64,000 nt of DNA from Malacoraja senta (lineage: Eukaryota): contig JAXLNO010000073.1 in the NCBI GenBank assembly GCA_038087875.1, positions 496,001 to 560,000 on the forward strand, read 5' to 3'. Under the pieces are notes generated by a model, which was not told the DNA's origin, ran no database searches, and saw only the letters and a program-made list of their open reading frames with translations. The position numbers and the translations under genes were made by a program. Position 1 is the stretch's first letter; each line of letters starts with the position of its first letter. Of the stretch, positions 1 to 10,539 are shown piece after piece.

Positions 1-98
1 CTGCCTGACCCGCTGAGTTACTCCAGCACGTTGTACTTGTCCACGTTCTGTAGAGATGCTACCTGACCCGCTGAGTTACTCCAGCACTTTGTGTCTAT
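1..98 (+). repeat. Two tandem remnants of the Penelope-like pLTR 3' part
   Basis: ctgacccgctgagttactccagca occurs twice; the same sequence follows the hammerhead in the Penelope copies at 35301-35395 and 56786-56882. Confidence 0.65.
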
Positions 99-107
99 AA
101 ACCAAAG

Positions 108-219
108 GAATTATCTGTACACTGCTCGATTGGAATCATTGTCTTTCCGCTGACTGGCTAGCACGCAACAAAAGCTTTTCACTGTACCTCGGTACACGTG
201 ACAATAAACTAAACTAAAC
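108..219 (+). mobile_element. LINE 3' tail (Rex1/Babar-like) ending in (TAAAC)n
   Basis: cttttcactgtacctcggtacacgtgacaataaactaaactaaac; same tail at about 29005-29160 (+) and 33805-33935 (-), and its upstream part follows the Rex1-like RT at 56100-56275. Confidence 0.55.
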
Positions 220-334
220 GAAATTGAAGGAAGAAGTTAAAAGCTTGAGAATAAATATGGGAATTTGTGCTTGGGGTCACGGGATGTAGACGAGGTACTA
301 AACGAGAACCTTGTATCTTCATTTCCCATTCTAG

Positions 335-460
335 TGACGCAACGTTAGAGTTGCAGCGCCAGAGACCCGGGTTCCATCCCGACTATGGGTGCTGTCTGTA
401 CGGTGTTTGCACGTTCTCCCCGTGAGTTTCCTCCGAGATCTTCGGACAGATTTGTAGGTT
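335..460 (+). mobile_element. tRNA-derived V-SINE (HE1-like), 5' part; continues at 4775-4843 after the DIRS insertion
   Basis: Degenerate tRNA head (cagcgccagagacccgggttccatcc), V-domain remnant; joined flanks give tttgtaggttaattggcttggt as in the other copies. Confidence 0.75.
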
Positions 461-692
461 AATAGTAAGATTAAACGAGAACTTACCTAAGTTTGAAGTT
501 TGATCTTTATTTTATGAGGAGTTACGTAGGTGATTACGTGAAGAACCTCGCCAGTGCGCCTGCGCGTCAATCTTCAAAGCAGCGGTGTGAAATCACAAAA
601 AACAACAACCGAAGTAATATAGTCTCATAATAAAACGAGTAATACAAGAACTTCCATCTGACCTTTATGATAGAGGGTAGGGTCGTCGTGGG

Positions 693-806
693 CACGTAAT
701 CACCTACGTAACTCCTCATAAAATAAAGATCAAACTTCAAACTTAGGTAAGTTCTCGTTTAATCTTACTATTTTACTTCGGAGTCACGTGAGTGCCTACG
801 TGAAGA
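693..806. other. DIRS internal complementary region (ICR), copy 1
   Basis: 693-772 is the exact reverse complement of 461-540; 770-806 is the near-exact reverse complement of 4738-4774. Confidence 0.92.
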
Positions 807-974
807 TTTTAAAGCTTTGTAATTTCATGCCGTGGATCAATCCCGGCTTCTCACTGCATAGATTGACTCGGAACGAGAATAATCAATCATGCATTCATAA
901 TAACATTTGTACCACAAATGCAGTAATTCATTTTAATTATGAAGTTAATCAGATCCCCTTTAAACCAGAGGAAT

Positions 975-1500
975 TTACACAGAACTTAAAATAGTTTCTG
1001 CAAACAACCCCGCATGAACAATAGGCCGATGGTAAAAATGTTGAAACATCAACTCATTGGACCACCCGGCGGCTGCGAGGATATGGTCGACGGGGACGTC
1101 TTTTGCCCTGGCCGCCGACGTTTCTGCTGCCCTAGACCAGTGAGACGTAAAAACATAAGTGTTAATACCAGCAGCTGTTAAGACTTCTTTTATCCATCTG
1201 GAAATAGTCTGTATTGAAACTCTCTTGTGTGCTTTCTTGTGTGTGATCAACAACCCAGTTAATTGCACTACAACTCAGACCTTCATCATAATAAAGTTTT
1301 GACAGAAATTCTAAACATTTGAAACATCTGCAGTACTTTATTGCACATTCTTTTGTACACAGAACTCTTCCCATTTCTTAATATAAGAAAGGTACTGTTT
1401 TTGAGTGCTCTTCCTCCAGGCTGCCGTAAGCATGTCCACGGTATGCTCAGACAGTCCTCGTCCCAGAAAAGGCATTCGTAAAACCTGCAAATCAACAAAT
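975..1500 (-). pseudogene. DIRS tyrosine recombinase, internally deleted
   Basis: TISRWIKEVLTAAGIN..FTSHWSRAA..ILAAAGWS..FQHFY; N-terminal part jumps to the C-terminal part near 1265. Confidence 0.85.
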
Positions 1501-3200
1501 CCAAACGATCATATAATGGATGTTGTTCCCCTGTACAGGGTGCAGCAATAAATTACTCTTTTTTGGGACTTTCATCAACATTTGTGTTGTTAATTCTAAT
1601 ATCAACGGATACCATGGCTGTGTAGGCCAATCTGATACTACCAATACCCTTGAAGCAGCATCTTGCCTGATTTTAAGCAAACATTGGCTTATGAGGCAGA
1701 AAGGTGGAAATATATATGAAAACATACCACCCCAATGTAGCGAGGAAGCATCAATCGCCACTGCTCCTGGATCTGGTTTCCATGAGACATATCTCGATAG
1801 CTGATGATTCAAGTCGGTCGGTCATTCCAAATCTGATTACTATATCATTGAATACCTCTTGATTCAACATCCATTCTTTATTATCATGGAACTTTCGTGA
1901 CCTGGTTTCTGCTATCGTGTTCATTCTACCTGGTAGATAGATAGCTGAAATCCAAATGTTCTTTTCAATACACCAAGACCAAAGTTGATTTAACCATTTT
2001 GTCACATGACACCGACTTAATTCCACCCATATCATTAATATAGGCAACTACTGTTGTGTTTATTAATTTGAACTTGAACCTTCCTTTTAGTTGTGTTAGA
2101 ACCATAAGCTTGGAGTCCATAGAACCCTCCTAAAAGCTCCAAATAGGTAATTCCCCATGTCTGCAGTAACACTATCTTTTCCTGATTCCATCTGCCTCCG
2201 CAGCTCGATGTTAAGTCAGTTGCACCCCATCCTAGTGCACTGGCATCAGTTTGTAATATCATGGAAGGTTGTTCAATCAGCACTTTGCCTGAACTGCTTG
2301 AGACATGTAGAATCCACCACTGCAGATTAGAAACAACATTTCTTGTTACTTGCATGGTTCTATCAAAATGACCAGCATTTACTCTCAGTGCCTGTTCTTT
2401 GATTCTCTGCAGCTGTTGATAATGTAATGGTCCATACTGGACTGCTGGGAATCTACTAATTTTCCCAGTACTCGAGCCACCTGTCTGATTAGAGGTTTTT
2501 GCTCGTTTAACAGATTACTGCAATCTTTAATCAACTCCACCCTTTTTTCACTGGGCAAAGTAATTTGCATTTGGTCTAAATCAATTGTGAACCCCAAATA
2601 ATCAATCGAGGTACATGTTTTTAACCTTGATTTCTTTGGATGAATTTAGAAACCCCCAAACTTTCAAAAGTTTGATTTTATAACTGCAACCGATGCTTCT
2701 GTTGACTGTTTTGTCCTTCCCATAATCAGGACATCATCCAGGTATGCCATTAGTACATGCCCCTGGCTCTCAGAAACCCCAGAATTGATTTAAACAATTT
2801 TATGAATATTCTGGGAGGGAACGTTAACCCATTAGGCAGAGCTTTGAACTGCCCTAATTGGTTCATCCATGTAAATTTAAGATACTTCATATCTTGCAAG
2901 TGAACAGACACTGAACAAAAGGATTCAGACTTGTCAAGTCTATAATAATCCTACATCCTCCATCCTTTTTTGATCGAGGGAATATATTTGACCCAAATTG
3001 GTGAATTTGGTAGACTGATTCTTCAATAACGCCTTTTATATATAAGGTTTTGAAGCGCAACTTGAACCTCCATTACTTCGCAAAGTGGAGAGTTCTGCTA
3101 GGAACATGCTGGACAGGCAAATTATAATTTGGATTGAATTCAATTCGAAATCCTTGTATATTATTCAGAATTACCACATCTGAAGTCATCTTCTTCCAAT
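1492..3200 (-). pseudogene. DIRS RT, RNase H and phage-like N6-adenine methyltransferase, frameshifted
   Basis: MAYLDDVL near 2750-2727, LPNGL, QTDASALGWG, YLPGRMN, EWMLN, YVSWKPDPGA, YIFPPF, DWPTQPW. Confidence 0.88.
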
Positions 3201-3202
3201 AT

Positions 3203-4563
3203 TTATAGAAGAGACGTAATCTGCCTCCAACTTTTGGACTTAATCCAGTTAGTATGTTCCCCTGAGAACCAGGTCCACCTACCTCTTGAGTCATTTGAGT
3301 ATTCTGAGATCCCTGGAAGCACGGAAGCACCACCACTGGTCCTTACTCCCGCTGCAGGCCGCCAGCCACGTCCCTGCGTTGATGAGCGACTTGGTCCTGG
3401 TCTAGGATCCGTATGACGTCTGAAAGGATACTTCCTCTTTACAGACTTTGCAACCATTGATGTTTTTGTCAATCCTGTTTTCGCTTCATCTTCCAACTCT
3501 TTAATACGTCTCCCGAGATCCTCTCCAAAGAGTAAGTTGGGTAATTGTATATTACTTGGTTTGCAGAGTGCTGCGAATTTCGGATTCATAGTAGGCAGTA
3601 TAGCACTTTCCTCAGATAATTGATCTCGAAGTGGGTGCTGCATAGCAACCCCAGTGCTTCCTGATGCAACTTCGTCATCTCTTGGCTGTTACCTGCTATT
3701 CTGGTAAAAGCAGTTATTCCAGAACCCAGCAGCTTTAATATTCTCTGCAACTGATTACAGATAATTTGGTTCACTGCTGCTGCTTTCAGCAACCCACAGT
3801 TACTTGGGGTCTCCTGCTTTCTTGCAGTCTCATCCATCTCGTGCTGTTCTAGCTGATGGTAAACCAAGTAATTTATTAAGGAGGCCAGTTCTTCTCCTAA
3901 TGGCTCTCCTGACCCTGACGGGGCAGCGAATCCTACTGCCAGGCGTGGAACATCTGGCAGCTGCCGTTCATCGCCTTGTACAGCCTCACCGTCAGAGTCG
4001 GGGTCCGAAATCTCATGACCCGTAGCACGCTCCTCATCCCTGAGGGTGCATTCCATCAGCCCTGAGCCAGGTGCTGTTAAGCTGCTTCCTCCAGCTTGAA
4101 TTACAGTACACTCCTTCCTGAGTGAACTTTGCTCCAACAGCCTATGGAAAAGGCTTTCTATTTGGGCAATACGCTCGAAAGCAGTATCTAGCCCTGTACC
4201 AGGAGCTGTTTGAGCTGCTTCCAGCAGCTTGGCTTTCAGTACACTCCTCCCTGGGTGAACTTTGCTCCAACAGCCTATGTAAAAGGCTTTCTATTTGGGC
4301 AATACGCTCGAAAGCAGTATCTAGCCCTGGAGCTACTTCCATTGCCTGGGACTCCCTCCGTGGGCCGCTGGGATTTAAACTTTGTCTTTTGCCCGACAGG
4401 CGCAGACTGTGTTTTCACCAGCCCCAGGTCCACAGTCGCTATGCTCACCGCTGGCGACTGTACCGGGGTTTAGAGGCGGTTGGTCTCTAACCGCGGACTC
4501 CCGACTTTCCCGACTTTCTGTCGGCTGTATCGCTCGCCTCTTCTCCCTGCCCGTTTTTTCCAT
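3203..4563 (-). pseudogene. DIRS gag-like ORF1, frameshifted
   Basis: MEKTGR start, TPSNCGLL, PKFAALCK, LLFGEDL; homologous to 30416-30770 in copy 2. Confidence 0.7.
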
Positions 4564-4851
4564 GGCGTCTGTGGAAAAAATCCCCATAGACCCACAGTAA
4601 ACGGACCTGGAAAACATGAAAAAAGTTTCTACTTACCTTGTAGTTGAAAAACTACAAACCACTGGAGGAGCTCTGCTCCTCACGTCCGTTTGCGTCAAGG
4701 CGTCTGACGTAATGACGCGCAGGCGCACTGGCGGGGTTCTTCACGTAGTCACTCACGTGACTCCGAAGTAAAATTGGCTTGGTGTATGTGTAAATCGTCC
4801 CTAGTGCGGGATCGCTGGTCGTGCGGGGATCGCCGAAGGGCCCACTAACAC

Positions 4852-7488
4852 TGTCAAGTCTTCTAATGTTTTTGTGCAGATTCCCCGCTTGAAAGGGATT
4901 TGATTTAACTACCCCGAAATGATGAACTGGATTCACTCAGACCAAACACTTCTTTTCCACCTTTTATTTTGGCAGATTAGTCTTTAGCAGTTTTTAGCAG
5001 TTTTAGTCTTTACCAGGTGAAAAACCTTTAAAGGGCTGTCTCACTGTGCGAGTTGACCCACGAGTGACCCCGAGTTTAAAACAAATTTAACTCGTGGTAA
5101 TCACGTACAATTAACGTAGCGGAAACGTCGGAACTCGTGGACGCAACTTAGCGACTCTTGGCGCTAACGGGAGGTACACGTGAAACTTGTTAACTCTTGC
5201 AAAAGTTCAAACATGTTTGAACTTTTCCACGAGTAAAATGTACTCTTGTGGTTAAAATTTGAAACATTTAAACTCGTTGTAAGAACGTAGTGGCCCGTGC
5301 GTTTAACTTTGTGACTCGTGATTCTACCGTGGGAACTCTTTTTAGAAACAATAATCAGGGACAGAAATATCAGTTACTTAGACTTTTTAAAGACAAATTC
5401 TGCTTAACAAAGTTAAGCAAATTATTGATAAGGTGACAGAGTGGGTTGAAAAGAAAAAATTGCTTGAAGTTTATATATAAATTTGTGTTGTGTTGTGTTG
5501 TGTTGAAAAGCTTTTTGCTGATCCGTTTGATTCCCACTGTTTGTTTACTTCATTGCACAATAAAAGAGAGTTCTTTGCTATCAAGATCAAATTGATGTCT
5601 GGAAGTCTTCATTTTAATATCACTACAGTCTCATGTCTCGAATGTAATATTCCTTTCATCATAAAACACAAAATAGAGGAAGGCAAAATATATTCACATC
5701 TTGATTCTCACAATCATTTGTGAGATTTAAGGACTCAGCTGCCTCATATGCTGTGCTTTTTAAATGTTTAAAATTGTCACCTCCCAGTAGATCAGAAAAT
5801 AAGACAAAGTCTTATGTGAAACAAATGTCTTGAATGTGAAACAAAGTCTTTATTCTTGTTCAATATAAAAAAACGCTTTTTTGCGCATATTGAGAAAAGT
5901 AGCACTACAGCAAACACCACTGTCTGAAAAGGGCTTCTCATACATGAAAATCATCAAATGAAGCACAAATAAAAGTATTTCCACTATATACTAATTCAGC
6001 TGAGAAATGCACTAGTCTAAATTCAGGCAATAAAAGATACAATGCAATGCGCTAAATGACAAGTTTTGAGATCTACAATCAGATAAGCAGATGCATGATA
6101 ACCACGTTTTAAAGGAAAGACAGATGCAATGAAATTACTTTTACACCACAATAAAAAATAAAATCCACACTTAAAGTTAAACAATGAAAAGTCAGCAGGA
6201 TTTAAACTAAACATGAAATTAACTGGATTTTTCTGCATGTGGGCTCTCCTCATGCATTGATGTACCTGTGGTCGGCAGCCACTCAAAATAAGCTGTCCTG
6301 CCACGGCACACTGCCCAATTCTGAATTATAGTAGGAGCAGAGATGGTCTCTCTGCTCTTATGCACTGTTGGTCCCCGTACCTCGAAAACACTGCAGTGGC
6401 ACCAAAGTCTCGTCGTTTGTACCACTCCTCCACGCACCTAGTGTTATTCTCCCTGTTTGACTGTCCACTAAGTCACCGTCCTGCATGGCTGTTGCTGATC
6501 CTGAAGCTGCACCTCTGATACGGATCAGGTTGTGCAGAACACATGCAGCAAACACAATAGTCTCTACGTTCTTTGGTTGGCATGACATCATTTTTTTTAA
6601 CATGTGATGATTTTTCAACACTTCGATATACATTGTTGCCTCAAGATTAACGGGAGAGGAACTTGGTACACTCGGGAGACGAACTTGGAACATCGCAGAA
6701 ATGAGAAGTAAACGGGAAACTTAGACATACCCGTGGGAACTCGGTTAAACTCTGGATCATAAACTTGTAGTCTCGTACGCAACCACGAGTCTTTCACTCG
6801 GGGGTCACTCGTGGGTCAACTCGCACAGTGAGACAGACCTTTAAGACACAAAGGCAAAAAATATACACATTACTGTAACCAAATATAAATAACAGAAAAT
6901 TACATGTTCTAACAGTACAACTCATAGCAGCCATTTTGTTTGTTTTTTATAATTTTCACATTTCATTAAATGAAAAATACAGATAATGCCCATTATTGAT
7001 ACCAATTTCTTTAGCTTAATATCATATGAATCTTTACTGTTTTTTAACACATTTTATCATATTTTTTAAAATGCAATTATTTAAACTAACACCACACATA
7101 TTTCAAACTTTCTCAATCAACAGGTTAGCCAGACAAGTTTCTCAGATATTAAAGGGTTAAACAGAGTCTCTGGGGCTGCAGTCTTTGGCTCAGTTCATTT
7201 AGAGTTCAGTCCTTACCGGCTGCCAATCGGGTTTGTAGAACATCAGTCCTGCTTGCCTTTTTCTGGCTATCACGGCAGTCTTTTCGGACAGTTCTTTTGA
7301 TTTACTGTTCAAGTTTTGCCGCCCACAAGTCTCTTCCGTCTTCTTTCCTGGCTTCTGGTGCTGTGTGCTCTTTTGAAAGCCCCGGGCAGACCTCGGCAGG
7401 CTGGGGTTCCGCCCACTTTAATCACTGTCTCGTGAATTCAACTTGCCATATCTCTGCACCTGTTCTTTCATTTCTGTTTGACTTGACA
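4852..7488 (-). repeat. BEL 3' LTR (about 820 bp) split by a Harbinger element
   Basis: 4852-5030 and 6845-7488 align with 15552-16277. Confidence 0.95.
5031..6841 (-). mobile_element. Non-autonomous PIF/Harbinger DNA transposon
   Basis: About 45-bp TIRs (aagggctgtctcactgtgcgagttgacccacgagtgacccc), TTA/TAA flanks, absent from the other LTR, transposase C-terminal remnant IVFAACVLHNLIR within 6358-6600. Confidence 0.9.
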
Positions 7489-7498
7489 CCTCCCACTC
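7489..7498 (-). other. BEL polypurine tract
   Basis: GAGTGGGAGG on minus strand abutting the 3' LTR. Confidence 0.8.
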
Positions 7499-8577
7499 GA
7501 TCTTCCAATGGAACCACTTGGGAGATCGACGCTTTAAAGTCAAACTTTGAAGTCTAGGTTTGAACTTGATCTCCTGATGCATTTCTGTCTTGTTCTTCTA
7601 CTGGAAGTAAGACAACCAGCCGCCTAACATCCCTGTGAACAATCGTGGCTTGGATCCTCTCCTTCCCGTTAGTGAAATGCCTTGCTCTTCCCTTCAAAGC
7701 GTTTGTCAGAGGAATGGAGTAACTTGGAAAGACCCGTACATTAACATCACTCACGATGCCTTTGCGGTCCGGATTGGAGCTGACGACTCTGCCCAGCTTG
7801 AATTGCCCTCTCAGTGCATTTTGGTCACTTAACCAAACAATGTCTCCGGCAGTGACATTTCTCTGAGTGGTGTGCCACTTGCTCCTTATAAACAAGTTAG
7901 GACCAGCGAGTTGGCTCCAGCTTTTCCAAATCTTTGGAGCGCTCTCTTCACAATACGCACAGCAGCTTCCGCAGCGACATTTCTGTGCGGAGAATCAGCA
8001 GGATGGATTTTCCACATCCACTCTGTTCCATTTTTAGCTGCGTTCTCCTCCAAAGCTGCTCTGTCCAGTTTGTCCAAAAACCTATATAGTTCCTCTAAGT
8101 GGTTTTGCGCCAATACAATTAGTACCTGGATCTGACCGGATCTTCTTGGGGTGCCCACGGATTGCTGTGAATCTTTGATAAGCCATCATCAATGCCTTCA
8201 CTCGATAAGGTGTTGACTAACTCTGCGTGGATGGCTCTGCTTGCCATACAGCAGAAGACAACTCCCCAGACTTTGAGTTTTACCCTCTTCTTGACGTCAT
8301 CGTGTACGTGGTAGGGTCCAAAAAGGTCTACTGTTGTAAACTCAAAAGGAGCAGCAGGTTCAGTTCTTTCAGGCGGCAGGTCACTCATTACTTGTTGACA
8401 TTTCTTTGCCTTTGCTTTCTTACAGATCAACGACTTTTTGAGCAATTCTCCTTCCTTTTATGAACCAAGCCTTTCTTCTCATTTTAAGCAAGGTCCCAGC
8501 CACTCCGTCATGATTCTCCCTGTGAGCCTCCCGAGCTAGCAGTATGGACACCCAGGCCTCAACGGGCAGGATGGGAA

Positions 8578-10458
8578 CATAGAAACATAGAAACATAGAA
8601 AATAGGTGCAGGAGTAGGCCATTCGGCCCTTCGAGCCTGCACCGCCATTCAATATGATCATGGCTGATCATCCAACTCAGTATCCCGTACCTGCCTTCTC
8701 TCCATACCCCCTGATCCCTTTAGCCACAAGGGCCACATCTAACTCCCTCTTAAATATAGCCAATGAACTGGCGTCAACTACCCTCTGTGGCAGAGAGTTC
8801 CAGAGATTCACCACTCTCTGTGTGAAAAAGTTTTTCCTCATCTCGGTCTTAAAGGATTTCCCCCTTATCCTTAAGCTGTGACCCCTTGTCCTGGACTTCC
8901 CCAACATCGGGAACAATCTTCCTGCATCTAGTCTGTCCAACCCCATAAGAATTTTGTACGTTTCTATAAGATCCCCTCTCAATCTCCTAAATTCTAGCGA
9001 GTATAAGCCAAGTCTATCCAGTCTTTCTTCATATGAAAGTCCTGACATCCCAGGAATCAGTCTGGTGAACCTTCTCTGCACTCCCTCTATGGCTATAATG
9101 TCCTTCCTCAGATTTGGAGACCAAAACTGTACGCAATACTCCAGGTGTGGTCTCACCAAAACCCTGTACAACTGCAGTATAACCTCCCTGCTCCTATACT
9201 CAAATCCTCTTGCTATGAAGGCCAACATACCATTCGCTTTCTTCACTGCCTGCTGCACCTGCATGCCTACTTTCAATGACTGGTGTACCATGACACCCAG
9301 GTCTCGCTGCACCTCCCCATTTCCTAATCGGCCACCATTTAGATAATAGTCTGCCTTCCCGTTTTTGCCACCAAAGTGGATAACCTCACATTTATCCACA
9401 TTATACTGCATCTGCCAAACATTTGCCCACTCACCCAGCCTATCCAAGTCACCTTGCAGCCTCCTAGCATCCTCCTCACAGCTAACACTGCCCCCCAGCT
9501 TAGTGTCATCCGCAAACTTGGAGATGTTGCTTTCAATTCCCTCGTCCAGATCATTAATATAAATTGTAAATAGCTGGGGCCCCAGCACTGAGCCTTGCGG
9601 TACCCCACTAGTCACTGCCTGCCATTGTGAAAAGGACCCGTTTACTCCTACTCTTTGCTTCCTGTTTGCCAGCCAGTTCTCTATCCACATCAATACTGAA
9701 CCCCCAATACCGTGTGATTTAAGTTTGTATCCTAATCTCTTATGTGGTACCTTGTCGAAAGCCTTCTGAAAGTCCAGATACAACACATCCACTGGTTCTC
9801 CCCTATCCACTCTACTAGTTACATCCTCGAAAAATTCTATAAGATTCGTCAGACACGATTTACCTTTCGTAAATCCATGCTGACTTTGTCCAATGATTTC
9901 ACCACTTTCCAAATGTGCTGCTATCCCATCTTTAATAACTGACTCTAGCAGTTTCCCCACTACCGATGTTAGACTAACTGGTCTGTAATTCCCCGTTTTC
10001 TCTCTCCCTCCCTTCTTAAAAAGTGGGGTTACGTTTGCTACCCTCCAATCCTCAGGAACTACTCCAGAATCTAAAGAATTTTGAAAAATTATCACTGATG
10101 CATCCACTATTTCTGGAGCTACTTCCTTAAGTACACTGGGATGCAGCCTATCTGGCCCTGGTGATTTATCGGCCTTTAATCCATTCAAATTACCCAACAC
10201 CACTCCCCGACTAACCTGAATTTCACTCAGTTCCTCCATCTCCTTTGACCCGCGGCCCCCTGCTATTTCCGGCAGATTATTTATGTCTTCCTTAGTGAAG
10301 ACGGAACCAAAGTAGTTATTCAATTGGTCCGCCATATCCTTGTTCCCCATGATCAATTCACCTGTTTCTGACTGCAAGGGACCTACATTTGTTTTAACTA
10401 ATCTCTTTCTCTTCACATATCTATAAAAACTTTTGCAGTCAGTTTTTATGTTCCCTGC
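8578..10458 (-). mobile_element. Young 5'-truncated CR1 LINE inserted in BEL pol
   Basis: Uninterrupted RT frame, (TTTCTATG)n tail at 8578-8600; removing it restores BEL EDNVA-VPILP. Confidence 0.95.
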
Positions 10459-10539
10459 AGCAACATTATCCTCTTCAAAGCTCTGCACGCTGCCACCACA
10501 AACCATCAGCCCAGAATCTTGGTCTTTATAGGCTACCAT
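8677..10539 (-). CDS. 620-aa ORF: 27 BEL-derived residues fused in frame to an intact CR1 RT and C-terminus, no endonuclease
   Basis: YRPVSLTS, DFQKAFDKV, GVPQGSVLGP, FADD, native end GTGY*; expression unknown. Confidence 0.6.
   Translation of the reverse strand: MVAYKDQDSGLMVCGGSVQSFEEDNVAAGNIKTDCKSFYRYVKRKRLVKTNVGPLQSETGELIMGNKDMADQLNNYFGSVFTKEDINNLPEIAGGRGSKEMEELSEIQVSRGVVLGNLNGLKADKSPGPDRLHPSVLKEVAPEIVDASVIIFQNSLDSGVVPEDWRVANVTPLFKKGGREKTGNYRPVSLTSVVGKLLESVIKDGIAAHLESGEIIGQSQHGFTKGKSCLTNLIEFFEDVTSRVDRGEPVDVLYLDFQKAFDKVPHKRLGYKLKSHGIGGSVLMWIENWLANRKQRVGVNGSFSQWQAVTSGVPQGSVLGPQLFTIYINDLDEGIESNISKFADDTKLGGSVSCEEDARRLQGDLDRLGEWANVWQMQYNVDKCEVIHFGGKNGKADYYLNGGRLGNGEVQRDLGVMVHQSLKVGMQVQQAVKKANGMLAFIARGFEYRSREVILQLYRVLVRPHLEYCVQFWSPNLRKDIIAIEGVQRRFTRLIPGMSGLSYEERLDRLGLYSLEFRRLRGDLIETYKILMGLDRLDAGRLFPMLGKSRTRGHSLRIRGKSFKTEMRKNFFTQRVVNLWNSLPQRVVDASSLAIFKRELDVALVAKGIRGYGEKAGTGY

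Larger units (their letters stand above)
461..4774 (-). mobile_element. DIRS-type tyrosine-recombinase retrotransposon, copy 1 (degenerate, termini intact)
   Basis: ITRs at about 535-569 and 4713-4747; ICR 693-806; gag, RT/RNase H/methyltransferase and YR remnants on minus strand; AAT trinucleotide at both ends (461-463, 4772-4774). Confidence 0.95.

Noticed and set aside
975..3200. RT plus adenine methyltransferase plus tyrosine recombinase as a phage, retron or defence system
   Set aside because: This is the established DIRS domain set, with ITRs and ICR
8954..9942. Recurring plus-strand ORFs such as MYVSIRSP and MPPKWITSH
   Set aside because: Antisense shadows of CR1 ORF2, repeated only because CR1 is repeated
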